From a virus: a stretch of DNA of 64,000 nt. Of this stretch, positions 1 to 9,033 are shown piece by piece (the first letter of the stretch is position 1; every line of letters starts with the position of its first letter). The notes beneath the pieces are model-generated. The model was given only the letters and a program-made list of their open reading frames with translations, was not told the DNA's origin and did not search any database. The stretch spans positions 1 through 64,000 of IMG/VR virus record IMGVR_UViG_3300023174_000096. The stretch is one strand, 5' to 3'. The position numbers were made by a program, and so were the translations under genes.

Positions 1-140
1 CCCCTCCCCCTCCCCCTCACCCTCCCCCTCCCCCTCGCCCTCCCCCTCCCCCTTCCCCTCCCCCTCCCCCTCACCCTTCCCCTCGCCCTTCCCCTCACCC
101 TCACCCTCACCCTTCCCCTCGCCCTTCCCCTCACCCTCAC
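1..140 (-). repeat. Low-complexity (GAGGGN)n hexamer repeat encoding a (GE)n linker
   Basis: Plus strand cccctc/ccctca/cccttc repeats, in frame with the 1..1071 ORF. Confidence 0.85.
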
Positions 141-1071
141 CGGGCTCTCCCTTCTGGCCCTTCTGGCCCTTCTGGGGCTGCTTCTGGTCTCCCTCGCCCT
201 GCCCGTTGTCCGGGTTGCTCGCCGCGAGCTTGTCGAGGATCGCCACCGCCTCAAGGGCCAGCGTGAGCGCCGAGCCGTCGAGGAGGTCTTGCTTCGCCCG
301 GGCGATCCCCGCAGGGGTGCTCACGTCCGGGATGGAGCGGCGCAGGATGTCATGGAGCGCGCCACCCTTGGCGACGAGGGCGAAGCCCTCCGGGCACTCC
401 CGCTTGATGTCCGCGAGGTTCGCGCGGACAACCTCCGTGTTGTACCCGAGGCCCGCGTCGCGGAGGGCGATGAACACCGCCGAGACGGCGTTGACGGGCT
501 GTCCCGCCTTGGCGCGGCTGTCCCGCTCCATCTTGACGATGAAGTCCGCGAGATCGGCCATCTTCGTGCGGACCCCGGGGTACTCGGCGCAGCCGAGCCT
601 CTCGATGCACACGTCCTCAAAGACGTTCTGGAGATCCAGAACGAGCTTGCGGTGCTTCTTCCAGTCCACCGTGGGGTTCGCCCGGACGGGCTCGATGGCC
701 GCACGGATCACCTGTTCCGACAGGGTGCCCTGCTGGGAGTACACCCGGTGGAACGCCTCGTGGGCGGCACCGCCCACCATCGCCATGTAGACCCGGCGGG
801 ACACGGTCTCGTCGCACTGGGCGACGTTGATGAGAGCGGGCTGGTGCGCCTCGCGCCCAACGTGCGCCGCAATGGAGGGCGCGTCGAAGTCGCCCGCCGC
901 GATGCGGTTGGCGACGACGCGCCAACCGAACGGCCCCCTCATGAAGAAGCGCGTGCCAGAGCTCTGGACGGGGACCATGCGGTCCCGGCCACAAATGGAG
1001 AGGACGGTGCGACGGTGCCCCTCGCGAACGAGGGTACCGGGCATGGAGTCGTCGATGGTGCGAGTGGTCAT
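1..1071 (-). CDS. CobT/VWA-associated partner protein, N-terminal part (zincin-like HExxH domain + Gly-Glu linker); runs off window start
   Basis: Open minus frame from ATG 1071 (MTTRTIDDSMPG...) to window edge, missed by ORF track; AHEAFH and NVFEDVCIE motifs typical of CobT-like/VWA partner N-termini; divergent from a CobS/MoxR ATPase. Confidence 0.75.
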   Translation of the reverse strand, partial: MTTRTIDDSMPGTLVREGHRRTVLSICGRDRMVPVQSSGTRFFMRGPFGWRVVANRIAAGDFDAPSIAAHVGREAHQPALINVAQCDETVSRRVYMAMVGGAAHEAFHRVYSQQGTLSEQVIRAAIEPVRANPTVDWKKHRKLVLDLQNVFEDVCIERLGCAEYPGVRTKMADLADFIVKMERDSRAKAGQPVNAVSAVFIALRDAGLGYNTEVVRANLADIKRECPEGFALVAKGGALHDILRRSIPDVSTPAGIARAKQDLLDGSALTLALEAVAILDKLAASNPDNGQGEGDQKQPQKGQKGQKGEPGEGEGKGEGKGEGEGEGKGEGKGEGEGEGKGEGEGEGEGEGEGEGEG

Positions 1072-1401
1072 AGTGCCCCTCCCACGGAGCGGGGGGTGGT
1101 GGTGTAACCGGGAATCGTCACGGGGGGTGTTACGCCCGTCGAGGCCCGAGCTCGTGTCTTTTCGGGGAGGGGGGCCAGCCCGAAGGGCTGGGGGGTGGGG
1201 GGCCACAAGAAATCGGCCCCCCGCCCGAGGCCCCCCGGACCCCTACGGGGTCCGACCCCCGTCCCGCGCGAGCCCGAGATCCGCTCGTGAGACCCCCCAT
1301 GTCGATTCTTGGTTACGAACCCGCCCCGTGCTCCGTGGGAGGGGCGTAACGACAACGGACCGAGGGCCAACGCGGCCCCACGACCCTCACGGAGAACGAC
1401 C

Positions 1402-2607
1402 ATGACGACCACGAACGCCACCCTCACTTGTGACCTCTGCGGGCACCGCGCCCACAACCTCGTCGGCCACCTCATGGAGGCGCACGGCGTCTCCGAGTCG
1501 GACTACGAGGGGGAGACCGTGAGCCCCGCGCTTGACGCTGCGTTCGCGGCGCACGCGAAGGGCAAGAAGCGCGAGCCGGTCACGGCGGGGCACCGTCTCA
1601 CGACCCGCTTCGCGGGGGTCGAGCTCCCGGTGAACACGGACGTGCCCGTCGAGGCGTGCTTGTCTCTCCCGGAGGGCTACAGCGTCCCCAAGTACGGGAA
1701 GCTGGCGGCGAGCGTGGAGACCGTCACCAAGCGGGTGATGGGGGGCAAGGTCCGCCCGGTGTGGGTGTGGGGGCCTCCGGGCACTGGCAAGGATGCGGTC
1801 ATCTGGGCCATCTCGGCCAAGACCCGCACGCCCGCCGTGACGTTCAACATCAGCCCTTCGGCGGATGTCGAGGGCTGGATCGCCGTCCGTGCCCTCTCCG
1901 ACAAGGGGACGCACTGGGAGGAGGGCGCGCTCTTGAAGGCCCTCCGGGACGGCTACGTCACGCCCAGCGGGCGGCGGGTGGCGATGATCATCATCCTGTC
2001 GGACCTCGACCGGGCGACCCGCGCCCAGATGGAGCCCCTCCGGGCCATCTTGGACAGCCTTGGGGGCCGTATCCAAGGCCCGGACGGGCGCGTCCACAAG
2101 GTGCTGGAAGGCACCCGCATCGTGGCCACTGCCAACACCAGCGGTGGTGGTGACACCACGGGGCGCTACACGTCCACCCCGGTGGATACGTCCCTCATGG
2201 ACCGGGTGACGTTCAAGGTGGCGTTCGCCAACATGGACTCCCGGGACGAGGAACCGATCATCCGGGCGAAGTACAGCGCCCTTTGCGCGCGGTTCACCGA
2301 GGTCGCCCCGACCGTCATGCGCGCCACGACGGCCATCCGTGATGCGATCACCAAGGGTGACCTGTACATGGACTTCGGGCACCGCACGGTCTGCTCGTGG
2401 CTCGATGCCATCGAGAACGAAGCGTCGTTCTACGGGGGCAAGGATGCGTCCAAGGTCATCCGGGCGGGGTTGCAGGACGTGCTGGCGGGGTGCCCCAACG
2501 ATGACACCCGCGAGCAACTGAAGCTCCTCGTGGACCCGCACCTGCGCGGGGGCGCGGTCGAGGAGGGCGACACCTCCCACATCTCCCGCGATCCGCTGGG
2601 GGTCTGA
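1402..2607 (+). CDS. MoxR/CobS/NirQ-type AAA+ ATPase with N-terminal C2H2-like Zn finger
   Basis: Walker A GPPGTGKD, Walker B-like IIILSDLD, VATANTSGGGD, N-terminal CDLC...HLMEAH; SD ggag before ATG 1402. Confidence 0.85.
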   Translation: MTTTNATLTCDLCGHRAHNLVGHLMEAHGVSESDYEGETVSPALDAAFAAHAKGKKREPVTAGHRLTTRFAGVELPVNTDVPVEACLSLPEGYSVPKYGKLAASVETVTKRVMGGKVRPVWVWGPPGTGKDAVIWAISAKTRTPAVTFNISPSADVEGWIAVRALSDKGTHWEEGALLKALRDGYVTPSGRRVAMIIILSDLDRATRAQMEPLRAILDSLGGRIQGPDGRVHKVLEGTRIVATANTSGGGDTTGRYTSTPVDTSLMDRVTFKVAFANMDSRDEEPIIRAKYSALCARFTEVAPTVMRATTAIRDAITKGDLYMDFGHRTVCSWLDAIENEASFYGGKDASKVIRAGLQDVLAGCPNDDTREQLKLLVDPHLRGGAVEEGDTSHISRDPLGV

Positions 2608-2694
2608 CGATTCACGGTTACAACCCCCCCGGCGGCTACGTCGGGGGGTCGAGGCCAAGGGCCATCACGGTTCCAGAGCACAGGAGTCACAGTC

Positions 2695-3696
2695 ATGAAC
2701 ATCAACATCTCGCAAGGCACGGTTCGCCCCTACATCCTCTCTTCCCTCGTCGCTCACGGGGGCGAGGCCCCCGGGGCGACCGTCACCGCCGAGGCCCTCG
2801 TGGCCGTGGGCGCGGACCCGGCGGTTGAGAGCAACCGCCAGCACGTCGCGAACGCCCGCCACGACCTCAAGGGTCGCGGCTGCGTGGTGGACGGAAGCGC
2901 CCGGGGCATGTGGAGGCTCACCGACGCTGGGCGGGCGGTCCACGGTGGGGCTCCCCTCCCCCCCTACGTCCGTGCGCCCAAGGCCGACACCGGGAAGCCC
3001 CTCGTGGAGGTGCTGGGGGAAGCCCCGACCCCCGTCGAGACGGTCGAGCCCGCCCCGGAGCTCGACAAGGTCGAGACGGTCGAGCTCGCTCCCGTCGAGG
3101 AGACCCCGGTGGTGGAGACCCCGGTGGTGGAGCCCGCTCCCGTGGTGGACCTCCCCGCCCCGGTGACCGTCGAGGCTGCGCCCGTCGAGGCTCCCGCCCC
3201 GGTGACCGTCGAGACGGCCCCTGTTGAGCCCGTGGAGGCTGCGCCCGCCACGGCTCCCAAGCGCCGTCTGAAGGTCGCCACGGCGGTCCCGGCGGTGGTC
3301 GTGCCCGAGTGGGTGCAGGACGAGTCCCTCCGCACGATGGTGGTGGAGTCCACCGAGTGCTTCGGGCTCTGGTCCGCCAAGGCCACGGGGTGCGGGGAGT
3401 GCGTGCTGGCGGGGTGGTGCCGCAACGCCAAGGCGGCGACGCTGGAGGTGCTTGCGGGCAAGATCAAGACGGAGACGCCCGCCACCCCCGAGCCCGTCAC
3501 CAAGACGGTCGCCACCCTCGATGCCGAGGTGGGCAAGGGTCTGTCCCCCGATGCCGCCCGCACGGCCCCCAAGCCCGAGGAGGGCTTCACGATCAAGGCC
3601 ACGCACGACACGGTGTGCGGCGTCACGGGTGCGCCCATCCGCAAGGGTGATGCCGTGCGGTACGTCCGGGGGACGGGTCTGGTACTGGTGAAGTGA
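2695..3696 (+). CDS. Hypothetical protein: Mrr_N-like winged helix, Pro/Ala/Glu-rich linker, Cys-cluster domain
   Basis: ARHDLKGRG...RGMWRLTDAGR; PVE/APVE repeats; ECFG...CGEC...WC; SD aggag. Confidence 0.65.
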   Translation: MNINISQGTVRPYILSSLVAHGGEAPGATVTAEALVAVGADPAVESNRQHVANARHDLKGRGCVVDGSARGMWRLTDAGRAVHGGAPLPPYVRAPKADTGKPLVEVLGEAPTPVETVEPAPELDKVETVELAPVEETPVVETPVVEPAPVVDLPAPVTVEAAPVEAPAPVTVETAPVEPVEAAPATAPKRRLKVATAVPAVVVPEWVQDESLRTMVVESTECFGLWSAKATGCGECVLAGWCRNAKAATLEVLAGKIKTETPATPEPVTKTVATLDAEVGKGLSPDAARTAPKPEEGFTIKATHDTVCGVTGAPIRKGDAVRYVRGTGLVLVK

Positions 3697-3729
3697 GGCA
3701 CCCGGGGCGGGTGCTCCCCGCCCCCCCAT

Positions 3730-3838
3730 GACCGTGCCCGTGGCCCCTCCTGCCACGGGCGGCTGGACACCCCTCCCTTGGCCGGTCGTCATCAAGCCAA
3801 GGAAGGGGGACGCGGGTTCAAGTCCCGCGACGGTCACC
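3730..3838 (+). ncRNA. tRNA-like / tmRNA-TLD-like structured RNA
   Basis: Acceptor-like stem GACCGT 3730-35 / ACGGTC 3830-35 + A; T-arm GCGGG-TTCAAGT-CCCGC 3812-28; 9-bp and 13-bp internal hairpins; intergenic. Confidence 0.55.
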
Positions 3839-3879
3839 CCACAACCGAGGGCCACCGTGGCCCCAAGAAGGACACCACC

Positions 3880-4332
3880 ATGCTCGACATCACCGCCCAG
3901 ACTGCCACCATCAACGACCCCAGCGCCCCCATGCCCGCCAAGATCGCGGCGGCGGCGATCCTCTGGGAGACAATTGAACAGTGCGAGAAGGTGCTGGAGA
4001 CCTTCAAGCGGGACGTGCGCGCCGTCGCCGTGGCCACGGGTCGCCCCACGGTCACCCTCGATGGCGCGGGGCTCTCGCAGTGCAAGGTGGTGGTCCCCGG
4101 GCCGTCCCTGCGACTGCGGGAGGGGCTCTCCGTCGAGGGCCAGCGTGCCGCCTTGGGCGAGCTCTTCGACCTCGTCTACGAGGTCAAGCTGAACCTGCGG
4201 AGCACCTCCCCAACCGCCGTCGCGACGTACCCCGCGTCGGTGCAAGCGCACCTCGCCACGGTCGCGTCACTCGTGCCGAACACCCCACGGGTGAGCCTCA
4301 AGACCCTCACGGGCGTCGAAGAGGTGAAGTGA
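3880..4332 (+). CDS. Hypothetical protein
   Basis: Phage-like codon use; ATG after aagga SD and shared leader hairpin. Confidence 0.7.
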   Translation: MLDITAQTATINDPSAPMPAKIAAAAILWETIEQCEKVLETFKRDVRAVAVATGRPTVTLDGAGLSQCKVVVPGPSLRLREGLSVEGQRAALGELFDLVYEVKLNLRSTSPTAVATYPASVQAHLATVASLVPNTPRVSLKTLTGVEEVK

Positions 4333-4375
4333 CGATTCTTGGTTACGGGGTGAGGGGTGTCTCCGTGGTGCGGGT

Positions 4376-4534
4376 ATGAAGCGCATCGACACCCGCTACA
4401 ACCACCGCATCGAGAACCCCACCTCCCGCCGCGCCCTGCGCCTCGCGGTTGACCGCGAGGGAGCTCTCCTCGCCCGCGAGGCCCGCGAGTCTCTCGACGC
4501 CCGCGAGGCCCGCGAGGAGGCTCGCGGGGAGTGA
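4376..4534 (+). CDS. Small early protein (52 aa, MKRIDTRYNH...)
   Basis: ATG exactly 15 nt after CTCCGT box; followed by GC hairpin. Confidence 0.65.
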   Translation: MKRIDTRYNHRIENPTSRRALRLAVDREGALLAREARESLDAREAREEARGE

Positions 4535-4567
4535 CCCCGGCACGGAGAGGGCCTCGGCCCTCTCCGT

Positions 4568-4635
4568 GGGGGGTGCCCAAGTTCTTGTGGTGTCGTCCCG
4601 CCCGGGGGGTCGCATGGAGAACTTGGGCACCCCCC
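4568..4635. repeat. 18-bp inverted repeat (GGGGGGTGCCCAAGTTCT) with 32-nt spacer
   Basis: Arms 4568-4585 and 4618-4635 between convergent genes. Confidence 0.8.
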
Positions 4636-4643
4636 CTCCCCCC

Positions 4644-4781
4644 TCACTCACTCATGAGCCGTTCCCAACTCATTTCGTGAGTGGGGACGTAGGGGATCTT
4701 CCCCCCCGAGCGCCTGCGCTTGCGCGCGGGCTTGGGGGCGGGCTTGGTGACGGGGGCGGTGGCGGGCTTGGTGGCGTTCAT
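4644..4781 (-). CDS. Small basic early protein (45 aa, MNATKPATAP...)
   Basis: ATG 15 nt from minus-strand promoter box. Confidence 0.6.
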   Translation of the reverse strand: MNATKPATAPVTKPAPKPARKRRRSGGKIPYVPTHEMSWERLMSE

Positions 4782-4934
4782 ACCCGCACCACGGAGGCAC
4801 CCCCTCACCCGTAACCAACAATCGACCGTGACCCCCTCGTGTCGATTCTTGGTTACGAACCCGGACCCCGCTACGTCGAGGGAGCGTAACACCACCCGAG
4901 GGCCAACGCGGCCCCACGAACCGAGGAGACTGTC

Positions 4935-5693
4935 ATGGAAGCCATCACCACCCCCGTCGCCACCTTCACCAGCAACCTCTCGCACGCCGTCACCCCCGGC
5001 GTGTGGGAGTTGAGCATCGAGACGCGCTTCATCAGCACCCACTGCGGGTGCTGCGGGCGCTCGCTCAAGACGCCCGAGTCGGTCGAGGCGGGCATCGGCC
5101 CGGAGTGCAGCGCGCGGTACGGGACGCTCACCACCCGCAGCGCGGAGCCCGACATGGTCGCGGCCCGCACCCTCATCGCCAACCTCGGGGCCGGGGTGTT
5201 CGCCCCCGATGTGCTCACCTGCGACGACGCGGCCACCGTCGCGGGGGTGCTCATGCACCGCTTCTCGCGCCACTTCCGCACCTGCCGTTGGATTCCCGAC
5301 GCGGTGTATGCCCTTGGCTACCACAAGGTGGCCGAGCGGATGGCCAAGCGCGCCTCCGTGAAGATCGGGGAGGGCGCGCAGGAGCCCGGTGCGGACGCCC
5401 CCAGCGTCGCCCGCGTGCGCGGCTTCCGGGGCTTCCGCCGCGCCCCCCGCGTCGAGACGGTGACCATCGCCGTCGAGGGCGACACCCTCGTGGTCCGCAC
5501 CCCCTTCAACGAGGGGTTCAACGCGGCCCTCCGCGAGACCGTCGCGGGTCGCCGCTGGGACAGCGCGGCCAAGGCGTGGCGCGTGCCCGCCGCCGCCCGC
5601 CCCGCCCTCTGGACGGCCCTGCGGGGGGCCTTCGCGGGGCTCACCCTCACCAGCCCCAAGGGCGAGAGCGTGATCCCCTCCCTCGCGGACTGA
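4935..5693 (+). CDS. DUF6011-like Zn-finger + HARP-like C-terminal domain protein
   Basis: CGCCGRSLKTPESVEAGIGPEC; GRRWDSAAKAWRVP; SD gaggag. Confidence 0.7.
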   Translation: MEAITTPVATFTSNLSHAVTPGVWELSIETRFISTHCGCCGRSLKTPESVEAGIGPECSARYGTLTTRSAEPDMVAARTLIANLGAGVFAPDVLTCDDAATVAGVLMHRFSRHFRTCRWIPDAVYALGYHKVAERMAKRASVKIGEGAQEPGADAPSVARVRGFRGFRRAPRVETVTIAVEGDTLVVRTPFNEGFNAALRETVAGRRWDSAAKAWRVPAAARPALWTALRGAFAGLTLTSPKGESVIPSLAD

Positions 5694-5742
5694 GGGGCAC
5701 GGGCGGGGGGTGGGGCCGGGGGGGCCACCACCCCCGTTACCG

Positions 5743-5827
5743 ACCCGCTGGTCGGTAAGTTGGGTGTCCGTCTAGGGCGAGATGCGATCCGGCCCCGTAG
5801 GGACACCCAACTTACCGACCAGCGGGT
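5743..5827. repeat. Perfect 27-bp inverted repeat containing palindromic TTACCGACC..GGTCGGTAA sites
   Basis: Arms 5743-5769 and 5801-5827 are exact reverse complements. Confidence 0.9.
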
Positions 5828-5898
5828 AGGTAACCGACCCCACGGCCAAGAAATGCGAATCTTGGTTACGGGGTGGGGGCGGGCTCCGTGGTGTTGGC

Positions 5899-6153
5899 AT
5901 GAACACCACCTTCTACGTCGAGACCGAGACCGAGACTGAGATCGCCCTCACTGTCCAGTGGGGCGTGGAACCGGGCGAGGAGGGCTCGTACTGGAGCCCC
6001 TCCTACCCGCCCCACCCCTTCATCGTGGCGATCAAGACGCCCGAGGGTCTCCCGGTCGAGGAGACCCCCGAGGTCTACCTCGCCGCCGAGCGAGCGATGG
6101 CCGACGCCTTTGAGACCTTTGAGAGCGACTGCGCCGACTACGACGACGAGTGA
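5899..6153 (+). CDS. Small, highly acidic early protein
   Basis: 84 aa, ~20 D/E vs 2 K/R; leaderless after promoter motif. Confidence 0.75.
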   Translation: MNTTFYVETETETEIALTVQWGVEPGEEGSYWSPSYPPHPFIVAIKTPEGLPVEETPEVYLAAERAMADAFETFESDCADYDDE

Positions 6154-6271
6154 GGGACGGGGTGGGGGCGGGCTCTCCCCCCGAGCCCCTATGGAGAACT
6201 TGGGGGCACCCCACCCCCAGACTGCCGACGATTCTTGGTTACGACCTCGCACCCGTCTCCGTGGTGTGAGC

Positions 6272-6679
6272 ATGATGTACGAGCACGAAGACGAAGACCG
6301 CGCCATTCACGAACTCTTCGCGGGGGGCTACCCCGAGCCCTCCCCCGAGGAGTTCGCGGAGATGCTCCGCGAGGCCGAGGCTCTCGACGCGGTGTACCGC
6401 GCCGATGACCTCGCCCGCGCCGCTGCCGCCCGGGCGTTCCGGGAGCCCGCCGCCGCCCTCGCCTTCCTCGTGGAGGCACACGGGGGCGATGACTGCGAGG
6501 GGGAGTGCCCCGCCCCCGTGGAGGTGCTGGAGGTGCTCTCCTGCAACGACGGTAGCGCCATGCGCGCCGTTGTGCGGTGCGCCGACGGCACCACCCGCAC
6601 CGTGGAAGCCAGCATCCACCACTATCCGGGGTCGTTGGAGTGCCCCCCGGACGTGGACGTGAATTACGAGTACCTGTGA
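6272..6679 (+). CDS. Acidic early protein
   Basis: ATG 15 nt after CTCCGT box. Confidence 0.7.
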   Translation: MMYEHEDEDRAIHELFAGGYPEPSPEEFAEMLREAEALDAVYRADDLARAAAARAFREPAAALAFLVEAHGGDDCEGECPAPVEVLEVLSCNDGSAMRAVVRCADGTTRTVEASIHHYPGSLECPPDVDVNYEYL

Positions 6680-6723
6680 GCGATTCTTGGTTACAGAGGG
6701 CCACCCGTCTCCGTGGTGTGAGC

Positions 6724-6870
6724 ATGAACCCCGACGACAGCATGGACATCGACACCGTGGTAGCGGGGATGACCCCCGAGGAGAGGGCCGAGTACCTCGC
6801 GTGGTGCGACGAGCGCCGCGCCGAGGCCCTTGCCTACCAGATGGAACACGAGGAGCCCGAGGAGGGCTGA
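6724..6870 (+). CDS. Small acidic early protein (48 aa)
   Basis: ATG 15 nt after CTCCGT box. Confidence 0.65.
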   Translation: MNPDDSMDIDTVVAGMTPEERAEYLAWCDERRAEALAYQMEHEEPEEG

Positions 6871-6991
6871 CCCGGGCGGGGGGACGGGCTGGGAGGCCCC
6901 GGCCCCGTACCGAGAAATGTGCCCCTGTGACCCCGCGAGGCACGCTGGCGATTCTTGGTTACAACCCCACCCCCCTCTCCGTGGTGAGAGC

Positions 6992-7195
6992 ATGATCCTC
7001 GACACCACGGGCCGCAAGATCAACGTCAACGGCCCGGAGATCAACGAGGCCGTCACCCGCCGGATCGCCACCCTCGTCGGCTTCGGCGTCGAGGTGGAGG
7101 AGATCATCGCCCGGGTGGGGGATACACCCGCCACCCCGGCCCGGTGGATCGCCTTCATGGCCCGCGCCATCGAGGCGGGCACCTACGAGGTGTGA
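6992..7195 (+). CDS. Small early protein (67 aa)
   Basis: ATG 15 nt after CTCCGT box. Confidence 0.7.
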   Translation: MILDTTGRKINVNGPEINEAVTRRIATLVGFGVEVEEIIARVGDTPATPARWIAFMARAIEAGTYEV

Positions 7196-7393
7196 GGGGG
7201 ACGAGGGGGACGAGGGGGGAGGGAGCCGAGAGGCCCCGACCCCCCTCGCCACGCCATCTGATTTCTTGTCGGGGCATCCCCGGCACCGGGAATCGAAGGA
7301 TCGAAGCACCGGGAGGGGTCTGGCGGGGTCAAAGTGTGTTTTGCCCCCTAGCGGGATACCGCCGGGGGGCGTCCACACGCTCCGAACCTTCGA

Positions 7394-7650
7394 TCACCAC
7401 TCCCCGTAGCTGCGACGGCCCCCGCCCTTGCCGTCGCACTCGTCGCAGTAGTGCGGGGAGCACCCCGGGTAGCCGCAGGGGTGCCAGCCGGGGCGGGGGC
7501 GGGGGACTTGGGGGCCGTCCCGCCGACGAGGGCGCGGGCGGCGTCCGCCTTGTCGGCGGGTACAAGCCAGCCCTTCTGGGCGGCGTCCCAGCGCCCGCCG
7601 AGGGCCTTGATCCGAATCACGGTCGCCAGAGCATAGGTGCCCGGATCTCC
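7394..7650 (-). pseudogene. Frameshifted remnant of a DUF5710-like (IKALGGRWD...W) protein with a Cys-rich tail
   Basis: GTYALATVIRIKALGGRWDAAQKGWLVP in one frame, GWHPCGYPGCSPHYCDECDG in another; no clean start. Confidence 0.45.
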
Positions 7651-7718
7651 CGGGCTGGGTTAGTGGTTGGAGAGAGGGTGAACCGCCCGACCGGGATAGC
7701 CCGGTCGGGCGGTGCGTG

Positions 7719-8237
7719 TCACGCCTCCCAGAACCGGGCGAACTTGCCCCTGAAGTGGAGTTTCTCAAGGGCTTTGTGGCTCTGCGCCCATTGCTCCAGA
7801 GTGGTGCCTTGAAACACCCCGTCGGGGTCAGGGTGCTCGGAGTAGTACGCGACCCTCTCCGCATACTCGCGGCGCACCACGTCCATGAAATACACGGGGT
7901 ATTCGCGGGTGAGATCCATGTATCCCCCGGTCCCGGTCTCGAATACCTTGCCGCCGAGGGCCTTGGCCAGCCACGCGAGCATCGCATCGGTGACCATGTA
8001 GCCCACGGCCCCGCGGCGGTGATCCACCGAGATGTGCCCGCGGCTCTCGTACCAAAACTGGACGAGAACCACACCCTGTGGCCCCGCGGGGTTGCGGAGG
8101 ACAGAGCCCTTGTCCGTGAGCTCACCGTCGAGGGTGAGGGCGTCCCCGAAGGTCGCTGAGAGGGCCAGTTGCAGGTGGGCGTGAAACTCGGTGAGGGAGA
8201 TGCGCCTCCGAAACTTGAGGTGCGCCGTGTTGCCCAC
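7719..8237 (-). CDS. Hypothetical protein
   Basis: 172-aa ORF, gagg SD, operon with upstream genes. Confidence 0.7.
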   Translation of the reverse strand: MGNTAHLKFRRRISLTEFHAHLQLALSATFGDALTLDGELTDKGSVLRNPAGPQGVVLVQFWYESRGHISVDHRRGAVGYMVTDAMLAWLAKALGGKVFETGTGGYMDLTREYPVYFMDVVRREYAERVAYYSEHPDPDGVFQGTTLEQWAQSHKALEKLHFRGKFARFWEA

Positions 8238-8239
8238 GT

Positions 8240-8734
8240 TCAGACCTCTTGCGCCCAGGGGAAATCCTTGGGTCCGAGGGGGGCGTGGGTGCCGTCATCG
8301 TTGAAGGCGGGCACGACGTAGGTGTACGAACACCCCTTGGAGGTGTCGAGGTTCGCGCGGGCGCACTCGTTGTGCGTCTTGAGACACTCGGCGTAGTTCG
8401 CGTCGAAGTCTCCTTTCAGGGCGTTGCGAGCCGCCGCGAGGGCCTTGGTGTACTGGACGCGGGCACGGGCCACATCGGGGGTCACAACCCCCTTCATGCC
8501 GTGCTCCAGCCGCAGAACGTGCTCCGCAGCCTTGACCACGGCGTGTGCGAGCATACGCGCCGCGAACGGGAGCCCCAGCGTGGGAGCAGTTTGCGCCATC
8601 CCGGCGAGCATGTTGATCATGCCGTCCTCACGGGCGTAGTGGGCGTCTTTGATCGCCCCCATGAAAACGTGGAGGTCCCCCTCGGTTTCCGGTGCGCGGG
8701 TCGTCTTGCGGGTCGTCTTCGTCTTGTTGGTCAT
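8240..8734 (-). CDS. Hypothetical protein
   Basis: 164-aa ORF, ggag SD. Confidence 0.75.
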   Translation of the reverse strand: MTNKTKTTRKTTRAPETEGDLHVFMGAIKDAHYAREDGMINMLAGMAQTAPTLGLPFAARMLAHAVVKAAEHVLRLEHGMKGVVTPDVARARVQYTKALAAARNALKGDFDANYAECLKTHNECARANLDTSKGCSYTYVVPAFNDDGTHAPLGPKDFPWAQEV

Positions 8735-8752
8735 CGGTGTCTCCGTGAGGGG

Positions 8753-8929
8753 TCAGTAGTTGAGGGTGATGTCCCGGCGCGCGGCGCGCTCCGAGCGGCG
8801 GCGGGCGATGCGCCCCGCCTTGGCGCTCGCCGCCGTGCCCTTGCGGGCGGTGCGGCAGCAGTCGCACTTGGGGCCACCGGGGCCGTGGGGGGCCACGGCG
8901 GCGATGCGGAGCTTCTTGTCAGCGTTCAT
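8753..8929 (-). CDS. Small basic Cys-containing early protein (58 aa, MNADKKLRIA...)
   Basis: ATG 15 nt from minus-strand promoter box; KCDCC. Confidence 0.65.
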   Translation of the reverse strand: MNADKKLRIAAVAPHGPGGPKCDCCRTARKGTAASAKAGRIARRRSERAARRDITLNY

Positions 8930-9033
8930 GCCAGCACCACGGAGAGCGATCCCACCCCGTAACCAAGAATCGTCACGGGGGGCTCACGGTCGATTCTTGG
9001 TTACGAACCCCCCGCCCGCTCCGTGGTGGGGAC

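Noticed and set aside
1-140. Telomere-like or non-coding C-rich repeat
   Set aside because: Reads as an in-frame Gly-Glu linker of the minus-strand gene
206-1475. Plus-strand ORFs 206-790, 289-1107, 827-1405 and many long antisense ORFs elsewhere (e.g. 1387-2658, 2665-4251, 17814-19457, 30222-40358 minus)
   Set aside because: Shadow ORFs typical of high-GC DNA, lying opposite genes with clear motifs and codon bias
3730-3838. Canonical tRNA gene
   Set aside because: No standard D-arm or 7-nt anticodon loop; arms too long
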